Made by a program: the position numbers and the translations under genes. 64,000 nucleotides of DNA from Chitinophagales bacterium (lineage in GTDB: Bacteria; Bacteroidota; Bacteroidia; Chitinophagales; UBA10324), in contig JBGAWA010000005.1 of NCBI GenBank assembly GCA_044227805.1, positions 6,818-70,817 on the forward strand, in the 5' to 3' direction. The notes beneath the pieces were generated by a model. That model worked only from the letters and a program-made list of their open reading frames with translations, did no database searches and had not been told where the DNA came from. Shown here piece after piece: positions 28,182-36,232 of this stretch. The stretch's first letter is position 1. Every line of letters begins with the position of its first letter.

Positions 28182-28941
28182 GAACAAAGAAGTGTACGAA
28201 GATCAAAAGATCTCTTCCAGGTACTTTGGCTGGAATTGGCTGTTTCCACCCGAAAAAAAATTCCTGCAGACTTTAGATAAAAGCACGGCGCCTTTGCATA
28301 TGCTGGATGTTGGTATTGGTGGCGGCCGCACTACCTATTCCTTTGCTCCTAAAGTAGCTCGTTATACGGGGATTGATTATTCAGGCGCTATGATCCGCTA
28401 TTGTAAACGCAAATACAAATCATTGAATAATGTTGAGCTGTTTGAGATGGATGCCAGGGATTTATCAGCTTTTCCGGATGAACACTTTGACATTGTTCTT
28501 TTTTCCTTTAATGGAATAGACTGCGTGGATTATGAAGGCAGGACGCTTATTCTTTCTGAATTCAGGCGCGTCCTAAAGCCGGGTGGCACCTTGCTATTTT
28601 CATTTCATAATGTGCGGCATCTGTATAACTTATATTCATTTCAGATGCCTAACAGCCCTTTCACCATTCCTTGGGAACTGAAACGGATAAAAATGCTGCA
28701 TAAGTTGAATGGCCCCCCGAGCCAATATGTGGGCAAAGAGATATTCTCCATGTACGATGGCGCTGATAATTTTCATACGCTGATCTTCTACCTCCTTCCC
28801 GAAAAGCAACTGAAAGACCTACACCAGGCAGGATTTGAATTGATGCAATGGTGGGATCTTAAATCAGGCAAAACGATTGAATCACATCAGCTGATTGATA
28901 CCGTCATTCCGTGGATATTTGTCCAGGCTCATAAGTTATGA
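28174..28941 (+). CDS. Class I SAM-dependent methyltransferase
   Basis: Motif I MLDVGIGGGRTT and later DIVLFSFNGI...LKPGGTLLFS. 8-nt overlap with the upstream gene. Confidence 0.8.
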   Translation: MDKNKEVYEDQKISSRYFGWNWLFPPEKKFLQTLDKSTAPLHMLDVGIGGGRTTYSFAPKVARYTGIDYSGAMIRYCKRKYKSLNNVELFEMDARDLSAFPDEHFDIVLFSFNGIDCVDYEGRTLILSEFRRVLKPGGTLLFSFHNVRHLYNLYSFQMPNSPFTIPWELKRIKMLHKLNGPPSQYVGKEIFSMYDGADNFHTLIFYLLPEKQLKDLHQAGFELMQWWDLKSGKTIESHQLIDTVIPWIFVQAHKL

Positions 28942-29987
28942 GGTATCAGTATCAACTGCTCGACGGCTGGACGGAAGAGTTTTTTGTTCCCGCAAAAAAT
29001 ATCTTCGAACATGCCCTGCACCGTTTCTTTTACCAGGATCCCGAATGGATCCGGCTCGATCCTCATCCGAAAAAACTGCTGGTGGTTTCAGAGGAGTCCG
29101 GCCACCTGCTGGCGTATGCCACCGTGGAAACAAAAAGGCCGCGCACCCTGCAGCTTGCCTTTGGTCCCGTAACCGTGTATCAGGACGATCTGCCGCAAAT
29201 CATTGCCGGCATGGCCCATTGGCTGAAAGAAAAAGGCTGGTGGCGCTTTTCTGTTCAACTTCCTGTTCCTGCTCATGATGGTGGTGGCGAGATCGTTGAC
29301 AGCATCAGCAAGTTGGCTGCGTTCCGACAGTCAGCACGCTTGTTCAACTGGAAAAGCTGGTGGCTTACCCTTGACCTGGAACCGGAGCAGCTCTTGAAAG
29401 CCTTCAGCCATCACCATCAAAAAAGCGTGAAGCAGGGATTAAAACAACCGATCCGCTATACGCCGGTAACAACAGAAGAGCAGGCACAAAGAATTGCGGC
29501 ACTTTATATTGAGATGTATCATCACCGCAAATTACCGGTGAATGAAATGGATGCCCGAAAACTCTTTTCAGCAATTAGCCAGTACATTCAACAACGGCAA
29601 AAAGGGATCATGCTTGAAGCGGTGCTGGATGGCCGCACGGTAGGTGGCATCGTGATTATTTTTCAGGGGAGCACCGCTTATTATTATCTCGGCGTTACCA
29701 CGGTCAGTTACAAAAGAAGCATCCCCATTCTTTACGCGGCGTTCTATCATGCTATGGCACTATGCCGTGATGCGGGAGTCACCACACTTGATTTTGGGGG
29801 CATTGCCATTGACAGCAGAGAAGGCGAATCGCTGCATAATATCAATCGCTTCAAGATGGGATTCGGAGGAACAGCCGTAGAATATCCCGGGCAAATAATA
29901 TTTGACCTGAACCCATTGCTATCGCGATGCATAGAAACTGCAGTGCATTGGAGAAACCGTTTCAGGAAATGGAAGGCGCGGCAATAA
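28938..29987 (+). CDS. FemAB family (aminoacyl-tRNA-dependent peptidyltransferase-like) protein
   Basis: 349 aa. STAYYYLGVTT...GVTTLDFGGIAIDSREGESLHNINRFKMGFGG resembles FemA/FemB/FemX-type proteins. ATGA overlap with the upstream gene. Confidence 0.65.
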   Translation: MRYQYQLLDGWTEEFFVPAKNIFEHALHRFFYQDPEWIRLDPHPKKLLVVSEESGHLLAYATVETKRPRTLQLAFGPVTVYQDDLPQIIAGMAHWLKEKGWWRFSVQLPVPAHDGGGEIVDSISKLAAFRQSARLFNWKSWWLTLDLEPEQLLKAFSHHHQKSVKQGLKQPIRYTPVTTEEQAQRIAALYIEMYHHRKLPVNEMDARKLFSAISQYIQQRQKGIMLEAVLDGRTVGGIVIIFQGSTAYYYLGVTTVSYKRSIPILYAAFYHAMALCRDAGVTTLDFGGIAIDSREGESLHNINRFKMGFGGTAVEYPGQIIFDLNPLLSRCIETAVHWRNRFRKWKARQ

Positions 29988-30000
29988 GGCCGCCCGCTCA

Positions 30001-30891
30001 TCATTCATTCCAATGCTCCAGTTTCATCCCTGTCATTAATTCGAGTTCCTTGTTGTATGGCTTAAAAAATGCAAGCAGTGCTTCCCTGATTTCCGGTGGC
30101 ATGGGTGGCTGCGCAACAACAATCGAAGACGTATTGATGCTGAAAAGCCAGTTTCGAATTGTAATAAACGTGTTCATTGGCAACAACTTCTTGGCAAATA
30201 TTTTTACGGGATTATCATTTTCCATCAGCCAGATTAACATCCTTCCCAAACCCTTCGACCTCAACTTGTTTGTCGGGTTATGAATGGCCGATGTATCAAC
30301 CTTCACGGTATCATCCACTGCAAGCAAGCGGAACAACCGGGTGCAGACTGCCGCCGGATCCGACTTCAATTCATCAAATAAAATTATGTGGCACTGTTGC
30401 CGGGGGAAAATGCGCCGTATTTTTTTAAGTTGTTCAGCATACAAGCCCAACTCAATAAAAAGTCTGAACATCTGATCCTTCTCACCATTCTTAAATTTGT
30501 TGATTGACTCGGTTATATCGGACCAGGGGGTTTTGAACCATCCGCTTTCACGTTCCATATTAAATGATGAATAAGCCCGTTCTACAGGATGGCGGATAAT
30601 GAATACCACGATACAATCCGGGTTATGATCATACAGACGCTGCAAGGCCTTATCGTTAATATACAGTCCGGCATTCTTCGCAATGATTTTCTTGCCGGCA
30701 CCAACCGCTGCACCTGGAAAATATTTCTTCATGGCATGAGGAAACCCTTCGTTGTATTCTTCCTCATTCACAAAAAATGCGAATTCTGTCATGGCATGGG
30801 TGACCAAGGCAGGATGCTTCCCCAAATAGTTTTTTAAGGAAGTAGTACCTGCCTTTTGGGCACCGGCAATCATCAGGTCAATACGTTCCAT
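30001..30891 (-). CDS. PAPS-dependent sulfotransferase family protein
   Basis: 5'-PSB loop AGAQKAGTTSL and 3'-PB motif IIRHPVERAYSSF. The ORF extends to a GTG at 30930, and the ATG at 30891 is the likely start. Confidence 0.8.
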   Translation of the reverse strand: MERIDLMIAGAQKAGTTSLKNYLGKHPALVTHAMTEFAFFVNEEEYNEGFPHAMKKYFPGAAVGAGKKIIAKNAGLYINDKALQRLYDHNPDCIVVFIIRHPVERAYSSFNMERESGWFKTPWSDITESINKFKNGEKDQMFRLFIELGLYAEQLKKIRRIFPRQQCHIILFDELKSDPAAVCTRLFRLLAVDDTVKVDTSAIHNPTNKLRSKGLGRMLIWLMENDNPVKIFAKKLLPMNTFITIRNWLFSINTSSIVVAQPPMPPEIREALLAFFKPYNKELELMTGMKLEHWNE

Positions 30892-31053
30892 GCAGTATGC
30901 CCAGGTTCTGAATAAAGCAATACTCCGCACTAAGACTGCGCCGCGATTTTTTCCATTGAAAAACCAGGCAGTGTTACGACGGAGAACCGCTTATGGTTTG
31001 CTCATTTTGTTCAAAAAAATAACCGGCTTACAAACCGTTGACGGTGCTGTGAA

Positions 31054-31098
31054 GGGGTTAAGTTGGTTACTGTTTTGCAAGCCAAATTGTGGGTTTAA
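31054..31098 (-). repeat. Solo hairpin-1 module of the repeat family (inverted orientation)
   Basis: GGGGTTAAGTTGGTTACTGTTTTGCAAGCCAAATTGTGGGTTTAA matches the reverse complement of hairpin 1. Lies 56 nt upstream of the asnB-like ATG. Confidence 0.55.
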
Positions 31099-31154
31099 TA
31101 TAGTCAGAAACCTGTGAATAGTAGTACATTCGTCATTCACCTTGTAAACATATC

Positions 31155-33002
31155 ATGTGCGGCATTGCAGGCTACTTTGCACCCAACCAACCGGCTGGCG
31201 CAGAAGTTTTAAGGCAAATGGTCCGCAGCCTTGCTCACCGCGGACCTGATGCGGAAGGATTCTATACCGATCACCTTGCCGGCCTTGGTCATCGCCGGCT
31301 CAGTATTATTGATGTTTCAGCAGCAGCCAATCAGCCGATGACCTCGCGCGACAGCAGATGGATTATGGTATACAACGGTGAAGTGTACAACTTCCGCGAG
31401 ATTGCGAAGGAGCTGGCAACAACGCTGCGCACCCATTCAGATACTGAAGTGATACTGGAAGCCTTTGCAAAATGGGGACCTTCCGCCGTCAGCCGGTTCA
31501 ATGGCATGTTTGCCATAGCATTGTATGATGTGGAAGAAAAGGGGTTATATCTCTTTCGCGACCGTATCGGTGTAAAACCATTATACTACGTGACTTTCGG
31601 CAACAAGTTTTTCTTTGCTTCCGAACTGAAAGCCATCACCTGCCTACAGGAAATAGCGCGTGAACTGCAACCCGATCAGGAAGCCATTGCGCTCTACCTG
31701 CAGCTTGGTTATATCCCGCAACCCTATACAATCTGGCAACAGGTGAAGAAATTTCCCAGTGGCAGCTATATGAAGATAACGGCGGACGGTCAGCAAATCA
31801 TCCGCTGGTGGAAACCCGAAGAAGCCATTCATCCTGCTGTGATCAGTGATGTAAAAAGCGCGAAGGATCAGTTGTTGCAGCTATTGAGCAGCGCTGTCAG
31901 CTATCGCATGATCAGCGATGTGCCTTTCGGCACCTTTCTCAGCGGCGGTGTTGATTCATCACTTATTGCGGCACTTGCCCAGCGAAACAGCGCCTCCAAA
32001 ATCAACACATTCACCATTGGCTTTCATGAAAAACAATTTAATGAAGCCACGCATGCCAAACAGATCGCGCAGCATCTGCACACTGATCACCACGAGCTGA
32101 TGGTTACCCAGGAGGAAGCGATGGAACTGCTGGAAACATTTATTGATACCTATGACGAACCCTTCGCGGATTCATCGGGCTTCCCTACACTGCTCATTTC
32201 GAGATGGGCCAGCCGCCAGGTGAAAATGGTGCTCACCGGCGACGGCGGTGATGAACTGTTTATGGGATATGGTATGTACCGGTGGCCGCAATGGTTGCAA
32301 AACCCATTGGTGAGAATGGGGCGAATACCGATTGGCGCAGCACTCCAGGCACTGGGTGGCAAGTATGCACGTATTGCCTGGATGTTCAGGTATAGCAACA
32401 CGGAGCTGATGAAACAACATATCTTTTCACAGGCACCCTATTTTTTTACAGACACGGAAATTGAATCACTGTTGATGCACCCCGCCAGTGTGCCGGTGTT
32501 ACCTTCCTTTGCCACCACCGCCGGCAGGCACATGACGCCTGCGGAAGAACAGTCATTTTTCGATCTTGAATATTACCTCAAAGATGACCTGCTGGTAAAG
32601 GTAGACCGCGCCAGTATGAAGTACGGTCTCGAATGCCGTACGCCATTCCTTGATTACCGGGTGGTTGAATTTGCTTTGAATGTTTCGCCGAAAATGAAGA
32701 TGAACCGGTCCCGCCTAAAAATTTTACCTTCCTTGGTATTAAAAGAGCTGCTGCCGCCTGAACTGTTTCAGCGTCCGAAACGCGGATTCTCCATCCCTTT
32801 GCTCCAATGGATGCAGCATGAATGGCATCACCTGCTGGATGATTATCTGTCGGAAGAAATTATCAGTCGTCATGGTGTGGTGCGCTATGCAACGGTCAGT
32901 TCACTGAAGAAAAAATTTCTTGCCGGTGAACATTATCTTTATAACCGCCTGTGGAATCTGGTGGTTCTTCACCGGTGGTTTGAACAACACATCCGTAAAT
33001 GA
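31155..33002 (+). CDS. asnB: Asparagine synthase (glutamine-hydrolysing) family amidotransferase
   Basis: N-terminal MCGIAGYF (Ntn Cys2) and PP-loop FLSGGVDSS. 615 aa. Confidence 0.9.
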   Translation: MCGIAGYFAPNQPAGAEVLRQMVRSLAHRGPDAEGFYTDHLAGLGHRRLSIIDVSAAANQPMTSRDSRWIMVYNGEVYNFREIAKELATTLRTHSDTEVILEAFAKWGPSAVSRFNGMFAIALYDVEEKGLYLFRDRIGVKPLYYVTFGNKFFFASELKAITCLQEIARELQPDQEAIALYLQLGYIPQPYTIWQQVKKFPSGSYMKITADGQQIIRWWKPEEAIHPAVISDVKSAKDQLLQLLSSAVSYRMISDVPFGTFLSGGVDSSLIAALAQRNSASKINTFTIGFHEKQFNEATHAKQIAQHLHTDHHELMVTQEEAMELLETFIDTYDEPFADSSGFPTLLISRWASRQVKMVLTGDGGDELFMGYGMYRWPQWLQNPLVRMGRIPIGAALQALGGKYARIAWMFRYSNTELMKQHIFSQAPYFFTDTEIESLLMHPASVPVLPSFATTAGRHMTPAEEQSFFDLEYYLKDDLLVKVDRASMKYGLECRTPFLDYRVVEFALNVSPKMKMNRSRLKILPSLVLKELLPPELFQRPKRGFSIPLLQWMQHEWHHLLDDYLSEEIISRHGVVRYATVSSLKKKFLAGEHYLYNRLWNLVVLHRWFEQHIRK

Positions 33003-33877
33003 CGAGCGAATCCACACATGAGCGCTGCCTGCTTTGTAATCATTCAAATCTTCGGTTAATGAAACGTTATGCAGCGCAACACCTCGTACAATGCGCCAAC
33101 TGCGGTTTTGTGTTTGCGGGCCGCATTCCCGGCACCGACACCCTGATTCAGCACTATGAAGGCTACGGCAGAAAAAATTACCGGTCACCTGTCACCGTCA
33201 AACGATATGAAGAGTTGCTGACCATTTTTGAAAAGTTCAGAAAGAGCAACAGGATGCTCGATGTCGGTTGCGGCATCGGCTATTTTCTGGAGGTGGCGAA
33301 AGCAAACAGATGGGAAGTGCAGGGTACCGAATACACTGATGAAGCCATTCGTATTTGCCGTGAGAAAGGATTACCCGTGCATCAGGGAGTGCTGCAGGTC
33401 GAAAACTATGAACCCTCCTCTTTTGATGTCATCACTTCTTTTGAAGTAATAGAACACATCAATAATCCGAAAGAAGAAGTCAGCAAGTTTCATTCATTGC
33501 TGCGGAAAGGAGGCATCGTGTATGTTACCACACCTAACTTCCGGTCGCTGTCGAGGTTATTGCTCCGCGAAAAATGGAATGTCATCGCCTATCCTGAACA
33601 TTTATCGTACTATACACAGGCCACATTAAATCGTTTATTTAGCGAAGCAGGATTCTCTTTGTTGACGATCCGGACGACAGGCCTGAGTATAACACGTTTA
33701 AAAACAAGCCTTAGCCTCTCCGGGCAATCCTTCATCTCGGCTACTTCTGATGATGAAAGGATAAGAGAAACGCTGGAATCTAACCGCTTGCTGAAAATGT
33801 TTAAATCAATGACCAATCAATTATTATCCTGGTTCAGTATCGGCGACTCCATTAAAGCTACCTTCATTAAAAACTGA
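32999..33877 (+). CDS. Class I SAM-dependent methyltransferase with N-terminal zinc-ribbon
   Basis: CLLCN...CANCG (two CxxC pairs), then motif I MLDVGCGIGYF and FDVITSFEVIEH. 4-nt overlap with asnB. Confidence 0.8.
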   Translation: MTSESTHERCLLCNHSNLRLMKRYAAQHLVQCANCGFVFAGRIPGTDTLIQHYEGYGRKNYRSPVTVKRYEELLTIFEKFRKSNRMLDVGCGIGYFLEVAKANRWEVQGTEYTDEAIRICREKGLPVHQGVLQVENYEPSSFDVITSFEVIEHINNPKEEVSKFHSLLRKGGIVYVTTPNFRSLSRLLLREKWNVIAYPEHLSYYTQATLNRLFSEAGFSLLTIRTTGLSITRLKTSLSLSGQSFISATSDDERIRETLESNRLLKMFKSMTNQLLSWFSIGDSIKATFIKN

Positions 33878-35091
33878 TGGGGAAAACCATTCTATACATC
33901 TCCTACGATGGCCTCACCGATCCGCTTGGGCAGTCGCAGGTAATTCCATATCTCGCCGGCCTTGCAGCACGGGAACACATCATTCACGTCGTGAGTGCAG
34001 AAAAAAAGGACCGCTTCGCCGGAAGCAGCTTCCTGCGAAGGAGACTGAAAGAAATGAAAATCCATTGGCATCCGGTTTCATATTCCAATAAGTATCCCGG
34101 GCTATCCGCTTATCTCACCTACAGGCGTTTGCGCAGTGAGGCAGTGCAGCTGCTGATCAGCAGTCGCCCACATATTGTTCATTGCCGCAGCTATATTCCC
34201 GCATTGATCGGGCTGGAGTTCAAAAAAGAATCCGCCATCAAGTTCCTCTTTGATATGCGCGGATTCTGGGCCGATGAACGGGTAGAAGGCGGTATTTGGA
34301 ACATGCAGCATTGGTGGTACAGAAAGGCCTATGATTTTTTCAAACGCAAGGAAGCAGCGTTCTTATCGGCGAGTGATGCCATTATCAGCCTTACTGAAAA
34401 TGCACGCATGGATTTGCTGCAACGTCACCTGCCGTCGCTGACGGCGGAAAAGATTACCGTGATTCCCTGCTGTGCTGATCTTGATTTTTTCTCTGAAAAG
34501 AATGCTGCGCCAAACCGGATCGCTCTTCGTAACGAAATCGGTATTGGGGCGGAGGATTATATTCTTTGTTATGCAGGCTCCGTTGGTAGCTGGTACCTGT
34601 TAAAAGAGATGTTGCAGTTTTATAAACACCTGCATGATATACTTCCTGCAGCGAAGTTCCTCATTATTACGCTCGACAATCCCGAACTGATCCGGCAACA
34701 GGCCAGCCAGTTACAGCTGCCACCCGGCTGCCTATTTATCAGGGAGTCGGCCAGGATCATGATGCCCCGTTATCTAAGTATTGCCAATGCCGCTGTCTTC
34801 TTCATAAAAAATTCATTTTCAAAAAAAGCATCTTCGCCCACCAAGATGGGTGAATTTATGAGCATGGGAATTCCTATGGTTTGCAATGCAGGCATCGGTG
34901 ATGTTGATTCGATCATGCAGACAACACAGGCCGGTATCGTATTGTCAGCCCTCGACGATGCGTCCATGAAGGAAGGTGCGGCCCGATTGCTAAACACTAC
35001 TTTCTCCCGGCAGGCCATAATAAGCGCCGCACAGTATTATTCGCTTAAAAAAGGAATTCAGCTCTATCACCAGGTTTATACTTCCTGCTGA
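33877..35091 (+). CDS. Glycosyltransferase family 4 (GT-B)
   Basis: MGKTILYISYDGLTDPLGQSQVIPYL at the N-terminus. C-terminal PTKMGEFMSMGIPMVCNAGIGD. TGATG overlap with the upstream gene. Confidence 0.8.
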   Translation: MGKTILYISYDGLTDPLGQSQVIPYLAGLAAREHIIHVVSAEKKDRFAGSSFLRRRLKEMKIHWHPVSYSNKYPGLSAYLTYRRLRSEAVQLLISSRPHIVHCRSYIPALIGLEFKKESAIKFLFDMRGFWADERVEGGIWNMQHWWYRKAYDFFKRKEAAFLSASDAIISLTENARMDLLQRHLPSLTAEKITVIPCCADLDFFSEKNAAPNRIALRNEIGIGAEDYILCYAGSVGSWYLLKEMLQFYKHLHDILPAAKFLIITLDNPELIRQQASQLQLPPGCLFIRESARIMMPRYLSIANAAVFFIKNSFSKKASSPTKMGEFMSMGIPMVCNAGIGDVDSIMQTTQAGIVLSALDDASMKEGAARLLNTTFSRQAIISAAQYYSLKKGIQLYHQVYTSC

Positions 35092-35097
35092 ACGAAG

Positions 35098-36201
35098 ATG
35101 GCCACCGCTCCGGTTCACATATTATTCATCGGCCCTCACCGGCCTGACAGAAATGCCAGCCAGCGTTTCAGGATAGAGCAGTTCATTCCATACCTCGAAG
35201 CGGCAGCCTTCAAATGTGACTACTCCTGGTTTCTGAATGAAAAAGACGACCGAATTTTTTACCGTCGTGGCAGCATGTTGCAAAAAGGACTGGTTTTTCT
35301 GAAAGCGATCATGATCCGCGCACGCGATGCGATGCAAGCGGGCAGATATGATATCATTTTTGTTCAGCGGGAAGCGCTGATGACCGGTTCGGTATTCTTT
35401 GAAAAACAATTTGCGCGCTCAAAGGCAAAAATGGTTTTTGATTTTGATGATGCTATCTGGCTGGAAGATACCAGCGAAGCCAACCAGTCATTCAGATGGC
35501 TGAAACGACCCGCAAAAACCGCAGAAATAATTGCCATGGCGGATCATGTTATTGCCGGCAACAGTTACCTCGCACGTTATGCACAACAGTATAACATTCA
35601 TGTCACCATCGTTCCGACAGTAGTGGATACCACGCGTTATTCCGACACCGGTACCGCCTATCGCCCCGATAAGCCGGTGGTGATCGGCTGGATGGGAAGC
35701 CACTCCACCATGAAGCATTTTCGCCTGCTGCTGCCTGTGCTGAAAAAACTGAAGGAAAAGTATCAAGAACAAATCATGATTAAAGTGGTTACCGACAAAA
35801 GCAGCAATGCCATCGAGCCCTGGATAGTGCAGGAACCATGGAGCAGTGAACGGGAGCTGGAGCTCCTTCGCAGTTTCGATATTGGAGTGATGCCACTGCC
35901 GGATGATGAGTGGTCGAAAGGAAAATGCGGTTTCAAAGCCATTCAATACATGGCCATGAAAATTCCTGCTGTGGTTGCCGCCGTTGGCGTTAATACGTCT
36001 ATCATCACACAGGGTGTTAATGGATTTATTGCCGCTCATGATGAAGAATGGGAGAAATACCTGTCGATACTGATTGATGATCACGGCACCAGGCAAGCAA
36101 TAGGACTGGCAGCCAGAAAAACAGTGGAACAACATTATTCTGTGCAGTCACAGCTTCCCATATTGGAAGCCCTTTTTCGGTCATTGGCCGGCAAGCCATA
36201 A
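35098..36201 (+). CDS. Glycosyltransferase family 4 (GT-B)
   Basis: VMPLPDDEWSKGKCGFKAIQYMAMKIPAVVAAVGVNTSIITQGVNGFI is a typical GT-B C-terminal motif. 367 aa. Confidence 0.8.
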   Translation: MATAPVHILFIGPHRPDRNASQRFRIEQFIPYLEAAAFKCDYSWFLNEKDDRIFYRRGSMLQKGLVFLKAIMIRARDAMQAGRYDIIFVQREALMTGSVFFEKQFARSKAKMVFDFDDAIWLEDTSEANQSFRWLKRPAKTAEIIAMADHVIAGNSYLARYAQQYNIHVTIVPTVVDTTRYSDTGTAYRPDKPVVIGWMGSHSTMKHFRLLLPVLKKLKEKYQEQIMIKVVTDKSSNAIEPWIVQEPWSSERELELLRSFDIGVMPLPDDEWSKGKCGFKAIQYMAMKIPAVVAAVGVNTSIITQGVNGFIAAHDEEWEKYLSILIDDHGTRQAIGLAARKTVEQHYSVQSQLPILEALFRSLAGKP

Positions 36202-36232
36202 TAGCCGCAAGCTGCCTGTCAACATCGTGCCC

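Noticed and set aside
28895-29278. 127-aa Arg/Ser-rich ORF overlapping the methyltransferase/FemAB junction
   Set aside because: It is an out-of-frame overlap with two motif-bearing, translationally coupled genes, and its composition is typical of an off-frame artefact.
35488-36135. 215-aa minus-strand ORF inside the GT4 gene. Similar antisense ORFs occur at 38043-38831, 26559-27173, 56592-57110 and 14451-14945.
   Set aside because: All lie fully inside longer ORFs that carry clear family motifs on the opposite strand. Their translations are compositionally odd (His/Cys/Arg-rich) with no recognisable domains.
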